A DNA stretch of 64,000 nt, from NCBI GenBank assembly GCA_048538215.1, contig JBLYPV010000001.1, forward strand, positions 139,495 to 203,494. The letters run 5' to 3'. The notes beneath the pieces are model-generated. The model searched no databases. It was given only the letters and a program-made list of their open reading frames with translations, and was not told the origin of the DNA. Each line of letters starts with the position of its first letter. Position 1 is the first letter of the stretch. The translations under genes were made by a program, and so were the position numbers. This document shows positions 1-10,307 of this stretch, piece by piece. The stretch comes from Patescibacteria group bacterium (GTDB lineage Bacteria; Patescibacteriota; Minisyncoccia; Phycocordibacterales; GCA-2747955).

Positions 1-1266
1 ACCATTCTATTTAATTATCTTTATGCCAAGCAAAAAGGAGGGAAGTGTATCCTGCGTTTTGAAGATACCGATAAAGAACGAAGTAGTCGTGAACACGAAA
101 AGTATGTACTAGATGCTCTACACATTTTAGGTATTACTTATGATGAAGGGCCATACCGACAATCAGAACGCACCGCTATATATTCGCAAAAGATTCAAGA
201 ATTAGTAGATGCAGATTTGGCCTACGAGGCGGAAAGCTCAAGTGATGATGAATCAAAAAAAGTAATTCGTTTTCGAAATCCAAATACTAAAATTTCTTTT
301 AATGATGCAATTCGCGGGGAGATTACCATAGACACCACTGATTTCGGAGATTTTGTAATTGCTCGCAATATTGATGATCCCCTCTATCACCTCAGTGTAG
401 TGGTAGATGATATTGAAATGGGAGTCACTGATGTAATTCGAGGAGAAGATCACATTACTTCAACCCCAAGACAAATATTACTCATCAATGCTCTGAAAGC
501 TAAGTGTCCGCGCTATGCTCATCTCCCTTTAATTATTGGTGATGACAAGAAAAAGCTTTCAAAGCGCCATGGAGCAGTGACAGTAGGAGGTTTCTTGGCT
601 CAAGGTTATCTGCCACAGGCAATCGTAAACTACCTTTCTCTTTTAGGCTGGAATCCAGGTGATAATAGAGAAATTTTTTCAATTGATGAGCTCATAGCTG
701 AATTTGATCTCAAACGAGTACAAAAGAATCCGGCAATGTTTGATTATCATAAGTTGGATGATATCAACCGACAGTATTTACTAAAGCAAGATGCGGAATA
801 TGTCGCTCAGGAAATTTATAATTTTCTTCCAAAAGATACGAGAGCGCTGTTTGAGTCAGATAGTACCAAGTCAGAGCTTATTATGGAGTTGGTAATTTTG
901 GAGCGCATTAATAAGTTTGGTGATGTAACAAAAATGGCGGATAGAGGGGAATTTGATTATTATTTTAATGCACCAGCAGTCGATATTGAGCTTATTAGAT
1001 ATAAAGAAGACACTGCCATAGAATTACAAGCATACATCCAAGAAATAATTAATATATTAGAGCAGGTCAAGCTCTGGAGTAAGGATGCTATCAAGGATGC
1101 TCTCTGGGAATATGCGAGTGGTGTAGGAAGGGGACACATACTTCATCCCCTACGTACTATTCTTTCTGGAAAAAAGGAATCACCCGATCCATTTACAATC
1201 GCGACAATCCTAGGCAAAGAAGAGACATTGAATCGTTTGCGTCAAGCTTTAAACACGGTATCATAA
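1..1266 (+). CDS. gltX: glutamate--tRNA ligase (5'-truncated by window edge)
   Basis: Frame is open from base 1 (TILFNYLYAK..LRFEDTD); VVVDD..VIRGEDH and KLSKR (KMSKS-type) motifs. Confidence 0.97.
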   Translation, partial: TILFNYLYAKQKGGKCILRFEDTDKERSSREHEKYVLDALHILGITYDEGPYRQSERTAIYSQKIQELVDADLAYEAESSSDDESKKVIRFRNPNTKISFNDAIRGEITIDTTDFGDFVIARNIDDPLYHLSVVVDDIEMGVTDVIRGEDHITSTPRQILLINALKAKCPRYAHLPLIIGDDKKKLSKRHGAVTVGGFLAQGYLPQAIVNYLSLLGWNPGDNREIFSIDELIAEFDLKRVQKNPAMFDYHKLDDINRQYLLKQDAEYVAQEIYNFLPKDTRALFESDSTKSELIMELVILERINKFGDVTKMADRGEFDYYFNAPAVDIELIRYKEDTAIELQAYIQEIINILEQVKLWSKDAIKDALWEYASGVGRGHILHPLRTILSGKKESPDPFTIATILGKEETLNRLRQALNTVS

Positions 1267-1270
1267 TAGT

Positions 1271-2059
1271 ATGAAGCACTTCATCGTAATGCTCAGTATG
1301 GTACTTTTAGCTGGAGCAATTATTACAACTGGTCTCTGGCAGCGAGAGCAAGAGCGATTAGCTCTTGAATTTGCCAGAGAACAAGCTATGCAAAATCGTA
1401 GCACTCCTCCCCCTAATATAGATAACACTACAAGTGATACAGACCCATTTGGCTTGTTTGGACCAGAAGAGACAGCTTATGAAGTAACGCTCTCCACAGA
1501 ATGGACCCCAGATAATCATGGTGAGTACTTTTTATCGACTGCCCATTTTTCTTCACCAGTAGTATGGGTGGGCAAAGATAACCCAGTATTTAGTCTGCAG
1601 GCCCCTGCAAGCCCAGGGATTGAAGAGATGGCAGAAGAGGGCCGTACGCGTACTTTAAAGAAAGAATTAGAAGCTTTACTGGAATTAGGGGAGATCCAAT
1701 CATTTAATATTTATGAACGAGTGGAGACACCAGATACATTTTCATTTGAGGTCAAAGTGGATAGAGATCACTCAGTGATTTCCCTCGTATCAATGATCGC
1801 ACCATCACCAGATTGGTTTGTGGCTCTCGAGGGGCTAGATATGCTCAAAGAGGGAAGCTGGCGTAAACAAGTAGAGATTCCGCTTCTGGTATTGGATGCA
1901 GGTACTGAAGATGGATCAGATTTTCGTTTATTGAATACTGATACAAATCCGCGAGGAGTAATTAGTACATTAGTGGACATACCAGCTCAAGAACTACCAC
2001 CTTTTGCTACCCTTAGATTCCGTGAGATTGGATATAGTGAGGTGAATCAACAAAAATAG
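1271..2059 (+). CDS. membrane-anchored Spondin_N domain protein
   Basis: N-terminal hydrophobic anchor; HFS, ASPGIEEMAEEG, SLVSMIAPSPDWFV and DAGTE motifs typical of Spondin_N. Confidence 0.85.
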   Translation: MKHFIVMLSMVLLAGAIITTGLWQREQERLALEFAREQAMQNRSTPPPNIDNTTSDTDPFGLFGPEETAYEVTLSTEWTPDNHGEYFLSTAHFSSPVVWVGKDNPVFSLQAPASPGIEEMAEEGRTRTLKKELEALLELGEIQSFNIYERVETPDTFSFEVKVDRDHSVISLVSMIAPSPDWFVALEGLDMLKEGSWRKQVEIPLLVLDAGTEDGSDFRLLNTDTNPRGVISTLVDIPAQELPPFATLRFREIGYSEVNQQK

Positions 2060-2085
2060 AGCTGTCTTTATGTTAGTATTAAAAT

Positions 2086-2718
2086 ATGAAAATATCGCGA
2101 AATATTTATTTCGTTCGTCATGGGCAAACAGATGCAAATGTCGGTGATTATCCTCAAGCAAATGAATCCAAGCTCACCCTATGTGGGCACAATCAGGCCA
2201 AGGTAGTGGCAGATCGTGTATCAAAATTATCTATTGATGGTATTTATACAAGCCCGCTTCAGAGAGCTCAAGAAACTGCAGAGCATATCTCTAATGCTTT
2301 AGGCTTAGACTATAAGACACTAGATTTACTTAGTGAGCGCAAAAAGCCCAGCGATTTGATAGGATTGTCTCGACATAAGGGCAAAGGAAAGGAAATATAT
2401 GCGCAGATTGAAGCTAATTGGGGTAAGAATGATTGGCATTACAGTGACGAGGAGAATTTTGATGATTTATATATACGAATTGAAGCATTGATTGATTACT
2501 TAGAAAATAATACACAAGGAAATATTCTATGTGTAACTCATGGATATATATTGAGGCTTATTGTTTGTTTTTTAATCACACGCTCACGCGATAGCGAGCA
2601 CTATTTACAAGCTACAAAATCGCTCAAATTTGAAAATACAGGTATTACTCATGCATATATAGAAGGGCAAAATTCTTGGCACTTTGGATCAATCAATGAT
2701 TCCACCCATCTTTCGTGA
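2086..2718 (+). CDS. histidine phosphatase (phosphoglycerate mutase-like) family protein
   Basis: RHG motif (YFVRHGQT), SPLQRAQETA, VTHG. Confidence 0.93.
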   Translation: MKISRNIYFVRHGQTDANVGDYPQANESKLTLCGHNQAKVVADRVSKLSIDGIYTSPLQRAQETAEHISNALGLDYKTLDLLSERKKPSDLIGLSRHKGKGKEIYAQIEANWGKNDWHYSDEENFDDLYIRIEALIDYLENNTQGNILCVTHGYILRLIVCFLITRSRDSEHYLQATKSLKFENTGITHAYIEGQNSWHFGSINDSTHLS

Positions 2719-2725
2719 TTGTGAG

Positions 2726-2765
2726 CCCGGTACTTCGGCACCCGGGCGCCGAAGTACCGGGTGCC
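2726..2765. repeat. GC-rich near-perfect palindrome (REP-like)
   Basis: cccggtacttcggc-acccgggc-gccgaagtaccggg has 14-bp perfect arms; ggcacccgg/ccgggtgcc offers an alternative pairing; no U-tract. Confidence 0.7.
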
Positions 2766-2890
2766 TATAATTACTCACAGTATTTTATTTGGGTAAAGGG
2801 CTATACTCTTGTATGATGAAATATATTAGCAAGTGCGGATATAGCTATAGTGACTTATGAGAAACTATAGCTATTGTATAAATAATACAT

Positions 2891-3733
2891 ATGCCAACAT
2901 CATTACTCATTGTTTCTTATTTTGCGTATCTGCTCTCGGTATGGCTCGTGGCCTTAATTCCTATACTTATACTAGCTATCGTGGGCTTCTTGTATTCACT
3001 GTATGCCAAGCGCAATGATATCGCTTTAGTGCTTTTTCCAGTAGGGATAGCACTGTCTGCAATTACACTTTTTTTGATATTAGATTATCCTAGTACGGTT
3101 TTAGAAATTGTGATCATTTTAATTACTATATGGGCAACACGAAAGGCATATCACCTAGGAGCCGAGCACTTTACACGAACTAAAGAAAGTGATCAGTATG
3201 CACGGTTTCGTGATACTTGGAAATGGCTACGTGCACGAAGCTTCTTTCAGATTTTTCTTGTACAAGCTCTATATATGAGCCTCGTGCTTTCTCCGGTAAT
3301 CGTTTTTGTATTCAGTCCTGGGTATGTACCACTCTGGCAAATATTACTTGGAATGTGGTTGTGGCTTGTAGGATTTGTGTTTCAGGTGGTGGGGGATTGG
3401 CAGCTTGGCCAATTCAATAAAACACCGAGCAGATATGGCCTTGAAAAAGGAGATCTGATGACCAAAGGCATCTGGAGCATCACTCGACACCCACATTATT
3501 TTGGTGAGATTTGTATGTGGTGGGGTATTTTTATCATCACTCTGCACTCGTTTAGTGCTTGGCTACTTGTACCAAGTATTATCGGGCCAGTACTTCTTAG
3601 TTTTGTTACTTACAAGCTATCTGGAGTCAAAACTACCGAAAAATATTGGCAGGAGAAACACCCAGAATCTTTTGAAAAATATAAATCATCGACCCCCGTG
3701 CTTTTCCCTCGCATTTTTCGAAAAAAAAGATAG
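2891..3733 (+). CDS. DUF1295 / steroid 5-alpha-reductase-like membrane protein
   Basis: Multiple TM segments; GDWQL..F, GIWSITRHPHYFGE..WWG. Confidence 0.88.
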   Translation: MPTSLLIVSYFAYLLSVWLVALIPILILAIVGFLYSLYAKRNDIALVLFPVGIALSAITLFLILDYPSTVLEIVIILITIWATRKAYHLGAEHFTRTKESDQYARFRDTWKWLRARSFFQIFLVQALYMSLVLSPVIVFVFSPGYVPLWQILLGMWLWLVGFVFQVVGDWQLGQFNKTPSRYGLEKGDLMTKGIWSITRHPHYFGEICMWWGIFIITLHSFSAWLLVPSIIGPVLLSFVTYKLSGVKTTEKYWQEKHPESFEKYKSSTPVLFPRIFRKKR

Positions 3734-3844
3734 ACTAGCTAAAAAATATAGAATATGCTACTCTATAGGCATCTTACCAGGTGGTGCATGTCTCTCGGAG
3801 CTTGGGTCAGGTGGTGAGAAGGATTAAAAATTAAAGTACACACT

Positions 3845-4105
3845 ATGGCAAACAAGCTATTTGTAGGTAATCTTGCGTGGGAGACCACTGCTGATGACCT
3901 CAAAGAGACTTTTAGCCCTTATGGGACAGTCACTGATGCATTTGTTGCAACCGACAAATTCTCAGGACGATCACGAGGTTTCGGATTCGTAACATTCGAA
4001 GATGGAGCTAGTGCTCAAGAGGCTAAAAAGAATCTACTTGATGTAGAACTCAAAGGACGTGCAATGATGGTAGATGATGCTACCGAACGTCCACAGCGCG
4101 ACTAA
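3845..4105 (+). CDS. RRM RNA-binding protein
   Basis: RNP2 LFVGNL and RNP1 RGFGFV. Confidence 0.95.
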   Translation: MANKLFVGNLAWETTADDLKETFSPYGTVTDAFVATDKFSGRSRGFGFVTFEDGASAQEAKKNLLDVELKGRAMMVDDATERPQRD

Positions 4106-4134
4106 GTATCTATTTAGATAGGGTTTCGCTTATA

Positions 4135-4175
4135 AAATACACAGGCCACTTATATGGTGCCTGTGTATTTTATTT
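4135..4175 (+). terminator. intrinsic terminator after RRM gene
   Basis: aaatacacaggc...gcctgtgtattt hairpin followed by T-rich tract. Confidence 0.6.
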
Positions 4176-4211
4176 GTGTTAAATCGCCTAATACTGGTAC
4201 AATATAAGTAT

Positions 4212-4616
4212 ATGGATATAGAAATGATTCGTATTGGCTACGAGCTACTAGAAAAGCCAAGCTTTGCACCAGAGTCGTGGGTATTTACTTTGGCATGGGG
4301 GCTTATCTACCCTATGATTTTTGTAGCGTTTTCGCTAGCTATTTATTCGGCGGTCCGTAAGAAAATATCACAGACGATTTATTTACCATTGATGCTGAAT
4401 CTTGTTTTTAATTTGAGCTTTACTCACATCCAATTTACCTTACAAAATAATATACTAGCCACAATGTGGATTATTATAGTATTACTCTCACTTGCTTGGA
4501 TTATGTATTTCTTATGGCCCAAACAGAAAATAGCTTTTTTCCTTCTTATTCCTTATGCTGTATGGGCTAGCTTTGCTACTATTTTGCAGATCACCATTAC
4601 CATCATCAATTTATAA
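4212..4616 (+). CDS. tspO: TspO/MBR family tryptophan-rich sensory protein
   Basis: LEKPSFAP..WVF..AW..IY and PYAVWASFA motifs; start placed at ATG 4212. Confidence 0.9.
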   Translation: MDIEMIRIGYELLEKPSFAPESWVFTLAWGLIYPMIFVAFSLAIYSAVRKKISQTIYLPLMLNLVFNLSFTHIQFTLQNNILATMWIIIVLLSLAWIMYFLWPKQKIAFFLLIPYAVWASFATILQITITIINL

Positions 4617-4624
4617 ATGAGCTA

Positions 4625-5377
4625 ATGCTGGATCTTAGAAAAAATCAAGTGCTCCTCGAGGGCTTTCATGCCTCTAAGCACGCAATACGATTTGGAGCTT
4701 GTATTGTGGAGCTTGTAAGCCCTAATTTAAAGGATTTGAAAAAGATGACGGATTCTTATGCTCCTGATATTGAAGCGTACTTAAATTCAAAAGTACGAAA
4801 GATCAGCGAGGAGGGATTTAGCGCTTATAGTGATATTGATATTCGTACACCTCTCGCTGGGATCGCGAAAAGGAAAGAATATACGATAGAGGATATTGAT
4901 AAAAATAAAAATATAATCCTGCTTGACTCACCTAGAGATCTCGAAAATATTGGAGCAGTAGTGCGGGTGGCGGCTGGCCTTGATCTTGCGGCTTTATGTA
5001 CAACTGGAGAGCATGATCCTTGGCATAAAAATTGTATTCGAGCTAGCCAAGGGATGCATTTTGCCTTACCAGTAATTCATTTAAGTGATCAAGATTCCGA
5101 GCTTATGAGTGGTAGAGAACTTTGGGTATTTGATGAATCAGGAGATGATCTCCGAGATTTAGATATACCAAATGATGCTATATTACTTTTCGGAAGTGAA
5201 AGGAATGGAGTAAGTAAAGAGTGGCTCAATCGAGCCGATCGGGTAGTGCGTATTCCTCAGATAGGTTTAATGTCGAGCTATAATTTAGCTACCGCTGTAG
5301 CAATGGGAGCCTATCACGCCAGATTTTGCTCATACAAAGCTGGGGACATAGCCCGTGAAGCAAAGCTTCACTCGTGA
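4625..5377 (+). CDS. TrmH/SpoU family RNA methyltransferase
   Basis: NIGAVVR, FGSERNG and SYNLATA SPOUT motifs. Confidence 0.92.
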   Translation: MLDLRKNQVLLEGFHASKHAIRFGACIVELVSPNLKDLKKMTDSYAPDIEAYLNSKVRKISEEGFSAYSDIDIRTPLAGIAKRKEYTIEDIDKNKNIILLDSPRDLENIGAVVRVAAGLDLAALCTTGEHDPWHKNCIRASQGMHFALPVIHLSDQDSELMSGRELWVFDESGDDLRDLDIPNDAILLFGSERNGVSKEWLNRADRVVRIPQIGLMSSYNLATAVAMGAYHARFCSYKAGDIAREAKLHS

Positions 5378-5390
5378 TAAAATAAGTAGT

Positions 5391-6644
5391 ATGAAAAAGA
5401 CATTAACCCCTTTTCTTTTGCTTGCAATAGCACTACCTATGATAGCATGGGGGGCCACTCGTTTTATTCCTTCCGATGTTAAATATATTTTTTTAGATGA
5501 ACGCGGGGGTGATGAGTATAGAATTATTGTAGAAAATAAAAAAGGAGGATTGTACCGTATGGGTGAGGTAAATTATAGCGGTAGTCGCTATCAATTATAC
5601 GAAGACATTGCAGATGAGATAAATCGTCATCGATTCTATACTTCGTTTGATGACGATGATATCGGAGATTTGCTTTGGGGGCTTGTGCCTTTTACACCTG
5701 AAGAAATTGCAGACATTCGCTCAAATTTTAGCGAAGGGAAAGATGGTGATTTTCTCACTCTATATATACGATTCACTACTGGAGATTCTACATCTCATAA
5801 GGTGAAAATTGATAAAACATTTACAAGCTCTGCTGATGTTTCTGCATTCATAGCTCAGACTATCAATGATATGGACAAGCTAAAAGAGGGCAAAATTGAT
5901 GTTGCTATGGTGCAGGATTTGCATGAAGAGGCATACACAGGTCTTTCATATTTTGCCCCTCAATTAAATTCTGTAGTGTTTGAATATGATGATGAGGAAT
6001 TGATGTTTACAGTGAAAATTTCTTTTGCCAATGAAGAAACGAGAGAGTTTGATCTTCCATATAAAACTTCCAAAAAAGAATTAGTAGCTCTTGCAACAGA
6101 GTATATCAATGACACTTTTGTAGAGTATGATGATGCCGACTTTTTTACCAATGAAATTCAATCATACACAAGTTGGAAAAACACACCATGGATGATTGAT
6201 GATATTGAAGAAATTCATTTTGCGACCAGTACGGATGATTTAATAAGCGTACAATTTACTGTTAAGTCGCGCCTTTCAAGTACTTTGATAGGTACCACTA
6301 TTCTTTCAACGGACAAAGAGGTCGATATAAACAATCTCGACGCTTTAGCTTCTGTTGCTACAGAGCTTTTAGAAGAAAATCAATTATTTGTACATCAATT
6401 TGATGAACAAGCTGTGCGGAAAATTCTAGCCAAAACTATGGGCATAGAAATACCAGACAAAGAGGATGACTCGTCTGTTTCAACGAATGATTCTACTGAT
6501 GAATCAGAAGTGAGTGGTGGAGAAGAAGAAATTCTTACTCAAAAGGATGAAGATGAACAGGAAAAAATGTACGCTTTGTTGCTGATGATTATTTTGCAAT
6601 ATATTATAGATAATAATTTAGACATTGACATATCTAATTTTTAA
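5391..6644 (+). CDS. hypothetical acidic secreted/surface protein
   Basis: Long ORF with signal peptide MKKTLTPFLLLAIALPMIAWG, acidic linker and C-terminal hydrophobic helix. Confidence 0.7.
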   Translation: MKKTLTPFLLLAIALPMIAWGATRFIPSDVKYIFLDERGGDEYRIIVENKKGGLYRMGEVNYSGSRYQLYEDIADEINRHRFYTSFDDDDIGDLLWGLVPFTPEEIADIRSNFSEGKDGDFLTLYIRFTTGDSTSHKVKIDKTFTSSADVSAFIAQTINDMDKLKEGKIDVAMVQDLHEEAYTGLSYFAPQLNSVVFEYDDEELMFTVKISFANEETREFDLPYKTSKKELVALATEYINDTFVEYDDADFFTNEIQSYTSWKNTPWMIDDIEEIHFATSTDDLISVQFTVKSRLSSTLIGTTILSTDKEVDINNLDALASVATELLEENQLFVHQFDEQAVRKILAKTMGIEIPDKEDDSSVSTNDSTDESEVSGGEEEILTQKDEDEQEKMYALLLMIILQYIIDNNLDIDISNF

Positions 6645-6672
6645 TTGACAAATTAATTTAGAGAGGTACAAT
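6645..6672 (+). promoter_or_regulatory. sigma70-type promoter
   Basis: TTGACA-16 nt-TACAAT. Confidence 0.65.
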
Positions 6673-6708
6673 CGTGGGGAAGTGAGGACTTTATATGGAG
6701 GAAAACTT

Positions 6709-7137
6709 ATGCAACGGCTTGCAGTGATCGCCCTCATCTTTCTTTTTTCAAGCACTGGCACTCTGTCTGCACGTACAAGTGATGCGTGCTTCATCGACCC
6801 CAGGGAAACGATCGGGGTGATCAATGAAATCATCAAGCAAGAGATTCTGCGTGGCGGATTCTATGGTACGGGGATCTACCAATTCTGGCATGGCAAGGCC
6901 ACGGTTGAAATCATTTGGAAGAGGGAGGAATACCTCCCCCAAATGATCATCACCGGCGTCTACAAAGGCTCACCTGTACGCTATATCAATTACGGTATGG
7001 ATGAGCGTATCAACGAGGTCACTTACCGCGGAAAGCGACGGCCAGTGACCTTCGATGCCGAATCCGATGCTTGTGAAATTTACAAGCGGGTGATGGAGAC
7101 ATATGGCATCAAGGTGGAGCGTCGCTCGCCCATATAA
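6709..7137 (+). CDS. hypothetical exported protein (GC-richer standalone cassette)
   Basis: GGAGG SD upstream of ATG 6709, signal-peptide-like N-terminus, own promoter and terminator. Confidence 0.7.
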   Translation: MQRLAVIALIFLFSSTGTLSARTSDACFIDPRETIGVINEIIKQEILRGGFYGTGIYQFWHGKATVEIIWKREEYLPQMIITGVYKGSPVRYINYGMDERINEVTYRGKRRPVTFDAESDACEIYKRVMETYGIKVERRSPI

Positions 7138-7147
7138 GAAAGCTCGT

Positions 7148-7182
7148 AGCCCGGCAAACATATGATGATTTGCCGGGCTTTT
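7148..7182 (+). terminator. intrinsic terminator
   Basis: agcccggcaaa...tttgccgggct followed by TTT. Confidence 0.75.
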
Positions 7183-7221
7183 GAATTGTATTTGAAAAAT
7201 CTCCTGCTACACTGATACTAT

Positions 7222-7770
7222 ATGAGTACTAATATACAAGCACCGCTTGTTTGGATAGATTGTGAATTCACAAGCTTAGACTTTCATCATAATAAAATGG
7301 TAGAAATAGCTTGTGTAATTACTGATGCAGAGCTTAATATACTGGGCGAGCCAGTATCATGTATTATCGGATATACTCCAGAAGAGCTAGACCCCCTTTT
7401 AAGTGAATGGAGCAGAGAGCATTTTGAAGAATCACTGCTTCTAGAAAAAATTTACCAGAGCACTACTACTCTCCAAGAAGCAGAAGAGTGTATTTTAAAT
7501 TATCTCGGTCAGTTTACACAAAGTGGAGAGAGTCCTTTGTGTGGCAATAGTGTGAGCCAAGACCGCAGAGTACTCTATACAAATATGCCCAAACTTGATA
7601 CATTTCTGCACTATCGAATAATTGATGTCTCCACTCTGAAGGAATTAGTAAATAGGTGGCGTCCTGAGATTGCAGAATATGTCAATAAAAAACAAGCTCA
7701 CCGAGCACTCGATGATATATATGAATCAATTGAAGAATTACGGGTATATAAGAATCATTTATTCAAATAA
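7222..7770 (+). CDS. orn: oligoribonuclease
   Basis: LVWIDCE, PLCGNSV.QDR, HYRIIDVSTLKEL, HRALDDIYESIEEL. Confidence 0.96.
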   Translation: MSTNIQAPLVWIDCEFTSLDFHHNKMVEIACVITDAELNILGEPVSCIIGYTPEELDPLLSEWSREHFEESLLLEKIYQSTTTLQEAEECILNYLGQFTQSGESPLCGNSVSQDRRVLYTNMPKLDTFLHYRIIDVSTLKELVNRWRPEIAEYVNKKQAHRALDDIYESIEELRVYKNHLFK

Positions 7771-7815
7771 TCTAATTTTACTAGGGTAGATAGTGATAAG
7801 TGATATAATGCTTGT

Positions 7816-9849
7816 GTGGAAAAACGCAACAAGGCATTTCAAATAGCAAGTGGATATAAACCAGCAGGAGATCAAGCTCAAGCAATTTCTGCTCTCGTAG
7901 AGGGAATTGAGAAGCGTTACAAGTACCAAACTCTTCACGGAGCAACAGGCACCGGGAAGACTTTTACTATGGCGAATATTATCCAAGAGCTACAGAAGCC
8001 CACGCTTATTATTGCCCATAATAAAACACTTGCAGCTCAATTAGCTCAGGAATTCTCGTCATATTTCCCAAACAATGCTGTGCACTATTTTGTATCCTAC
8101 TACGATTATTATCAGCCAGAGGCTTACGCGGTTACCACTGACACCTATATTGAAAAAGAAGCTACTATAAATAAAGAGATAGATATGCTCCGCCACGCAT
8201 CTACACAGTCATTATTGAGTAGAAATGACGTAATTATCGTGGCCTCGGTATCCTGTATTTATGGATTGGGATCACCTGACACATATGAGAAATATCATAT
8301 GCGAATTAGTAAGGGGGCAGATTTTAATAGAAGCGCAGTTCTTAAGCACTTGGTATCAATTCAATACACTCGTACCAACGCTGATTTAGAGCCCGGTACC
8401 TTTCGAGTCCTTGGTTCGGTAATAGAAATTATGACGGTAAATGCAGAATTAGTGTACCGTATTGAGAGTGCTGGAGGAGTAATTCATTCTATAGTATTAC
8501 TTGATCCAGTGACGCGTGAGCTTATGGAAGAAGTGGAGGATGTTTTTTTATTTCCTGCCAAACACTTTATTACAAGTCCTGATCGCTTAGAAAGCGCGAT
8601 TATAGAAATAGAAAAAGAGCTTGCAGAGCGTGTAGCCGAATTTGAATCAGAAAATAAAATCCTCGAAGCACAACGTCTGGAGCGACGCACTCGCCAAGAC
8701 TTGGCGATGCTTCGTGAGATAGGATTTTGCCAAGGTGTTGAAAATTATTCTCGTCATCTTTCAGGTAAAAAGGAGGGAGAGGCACCAGATACTCTACTCT
8801 CATATTTCCCAAAGGATGAGGAGGGCAATCCTGATTTCTTGTGCTTTATTGATGAATCTCATATGACTATTCCCCAAATATCAGGTATGTACCGAGCTGA
8901 CGCTAGCCGTAAGCAAAATCTTGTCGATCATGGCTTTCGCCTCCCTTCAGCACGGGATAATCGCCCACTGATGTTTGATGAATTTATTTCTCGTACAGAT
9001 TCGATGATAATGGTATCAGCTACCCCCGGTAAATTTGAGCTCGAAAATGAAGAAAAGCGGGTAGAACAAATCATTCGCCCAACGGGTCTTGTAGATCCAC
9101 TGTTGGATGTGCGTCGAGTAACACAAGAGGGAAGCTATCCTGGACAAGTGCATGATTTTGTTTCTGAGGCGAAAAAGGTTATACAAAAGGGTAATCGAGT
9201 ACTTGCTACTACGCTGACAAAAAAAATGGCAGAAGACCTTACCGATTATTTAAAAGACAGAGATATGCTTGCCGTATATTTGCATAGCGAAGTCGACACG
9301 CTAGATAGAATAAAAATTATAAGTGATTTTCGCAAGGGAATATACGATGTATTAGTAGGGGTAAACCTATTACGAGAGGGGCTTGATATGCCTGAAGTAG
9401 CTCTTATAGGTATTTTGGACGCTGACAAAGAAGGATTTCTACGAAGTGATACGGCACTTATTCAAACGATTGGCCGTGCTGCTCGAAATGAAGATGGACG
9501 AGTAATTCTATATGCTGATAGGGTGACTAATTCTATGAAACGAGCAATGGATGAAACCAATAGACGGCGAGAAAAACAACTTGCTTATAATAAGGCTCAC
9601 AATATTACTCCTAAAACAATTCATAAAAACATCCAAGACATTACCAGTGAAATTCAATCACAGCATAAGCAAACAGTGCAAAGGGCATTACAGGCCGAGA
9701 TTAAAGATTTCCATAAAAATCCAGAAACATTCATCAAAAAGAAACGAAAACAAATGGAAAAAGCCGTTTCCGAGCTCGATTTTGAAACGGCCGCTATTTT
9801 GCGTGATGAGATATATTATCTAGTAAAAAAATTGGATGATCTTAAATAA
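7816..9849 (+). CDS. uvrB: excinuclease ABC subunit B
   Basis: GATGTGKT, YYDYYQPEAY, DESH, QTIGRAARN and C-terminal UVR domain. Confidence 0.98.
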   Translation: MEKRNKAFQIASGYKPAGDQAQAISALVEGIEKRYKYQTLHGATGTGKTFTMANIIQELQKPTLIIAHNKTLAAQLAQEFSSYFPNNAVHYFVSYYDYYQPEAYAVTTDTYIEKEATINKEIDMLRHASTQSLLSRNDVIIVASVSCIYGLGSPDTYEKYHMRISKGADFNRSAVLKHLVSIQYTRTNADLEPGTFRVLGSVIEIMTVNAELVYRIESAGGVIHSIVLLDPVTRELMEEVEDVFLFPAKHFITSPDRLESAIIEIEKELAERVAEFESENKILEAQRLERRTRQDLAMLREIGFCQGVENYSRHLSGKKEGEAPDTLLSYFPKDEEGNPDFLCFIDESHMTIPQISGMYRADASRKQNLVDHGFRLPSARDNRPLMFDEFISRTDSMIMVSATPGKFELENEEKRVEQIIRPTGLVDPLLDVRRVTQEGSYPGQVHDFVSEAKKVIQKGNRVLATTLTKKMAEDLTDYLKDRDMLAVYLHSEVDTLDRIKIISDFRKGIYDVLVGVNLLREGLDMPEVALIGILDADKEGFLRSDTALIQTIGRAARNEDGRVILYADRVTNSMKRAMDETNRRREKQLAYNKAHNITPKTIHKNIQDITSEIQSQHKQTVQRALQAEIKDFHKNPETFIKKKRKQMEKAVSELDFETAAILRDEIYYLVKKLDDLK

Positions 9850-9930
9850 TTATTTAGTGTTATACATCTGAAAAAATAATAAAAATTGTTATAATATAGA
9901 TAGATTACTAGTAAATAATCATCCTAGCTT

Positions 9931-10296
9931 ATGCTACACAAACTCAAATTACATTTCAAAAATATGACGGAGAATCCAAATTTTGTGAAATATGCAAACA
10001 AACGATTTGCGCCACTTGAAGGTTTCTTTAAAAATCGTAAAGGAATTCGTTGGAATGTACGGATGAGCAAAGAGGGGCATCAAAAAAAGCGTGATGATTT
10101 ATATCATGTGGAAGCCCAGATTCGCTCGCCAAAAAAGAATTTTGGCGCAGAAGCAGACGGAGAAACACCATATGAAGCGATTGATAATGTTAAAAATCAA
10201 TTAACACAAAAAATTACAAGCCATAAAGAAAAGAAGATTACTCGTTTTCGTAAGGGAGCCCGCTATGCAAAAAATATGCTTCGTGGTGAAAAGTAA
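9931..10296 (+). CDS. hpf: ribosome hibernation promoting factor (HPF/RaiA)
   Basis: Size and AEA..ETPYEAID.V..L..KI pattern of the S30AE family. Confidence 0.8.
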   Translation: MLHKLKLHFKNMTENPNFVKYANKRFAPLEGFFKNRKGIRWNVRMSKEGHQKKRDDLYHVEAQIRSPKKNFGAEADGETPYEAIDNVKNQLTQKITSHKEKKITRFRKGARYAKNMLRGEK

Positions 10297-10307
10297 ATAT
10301 AAGAAAT

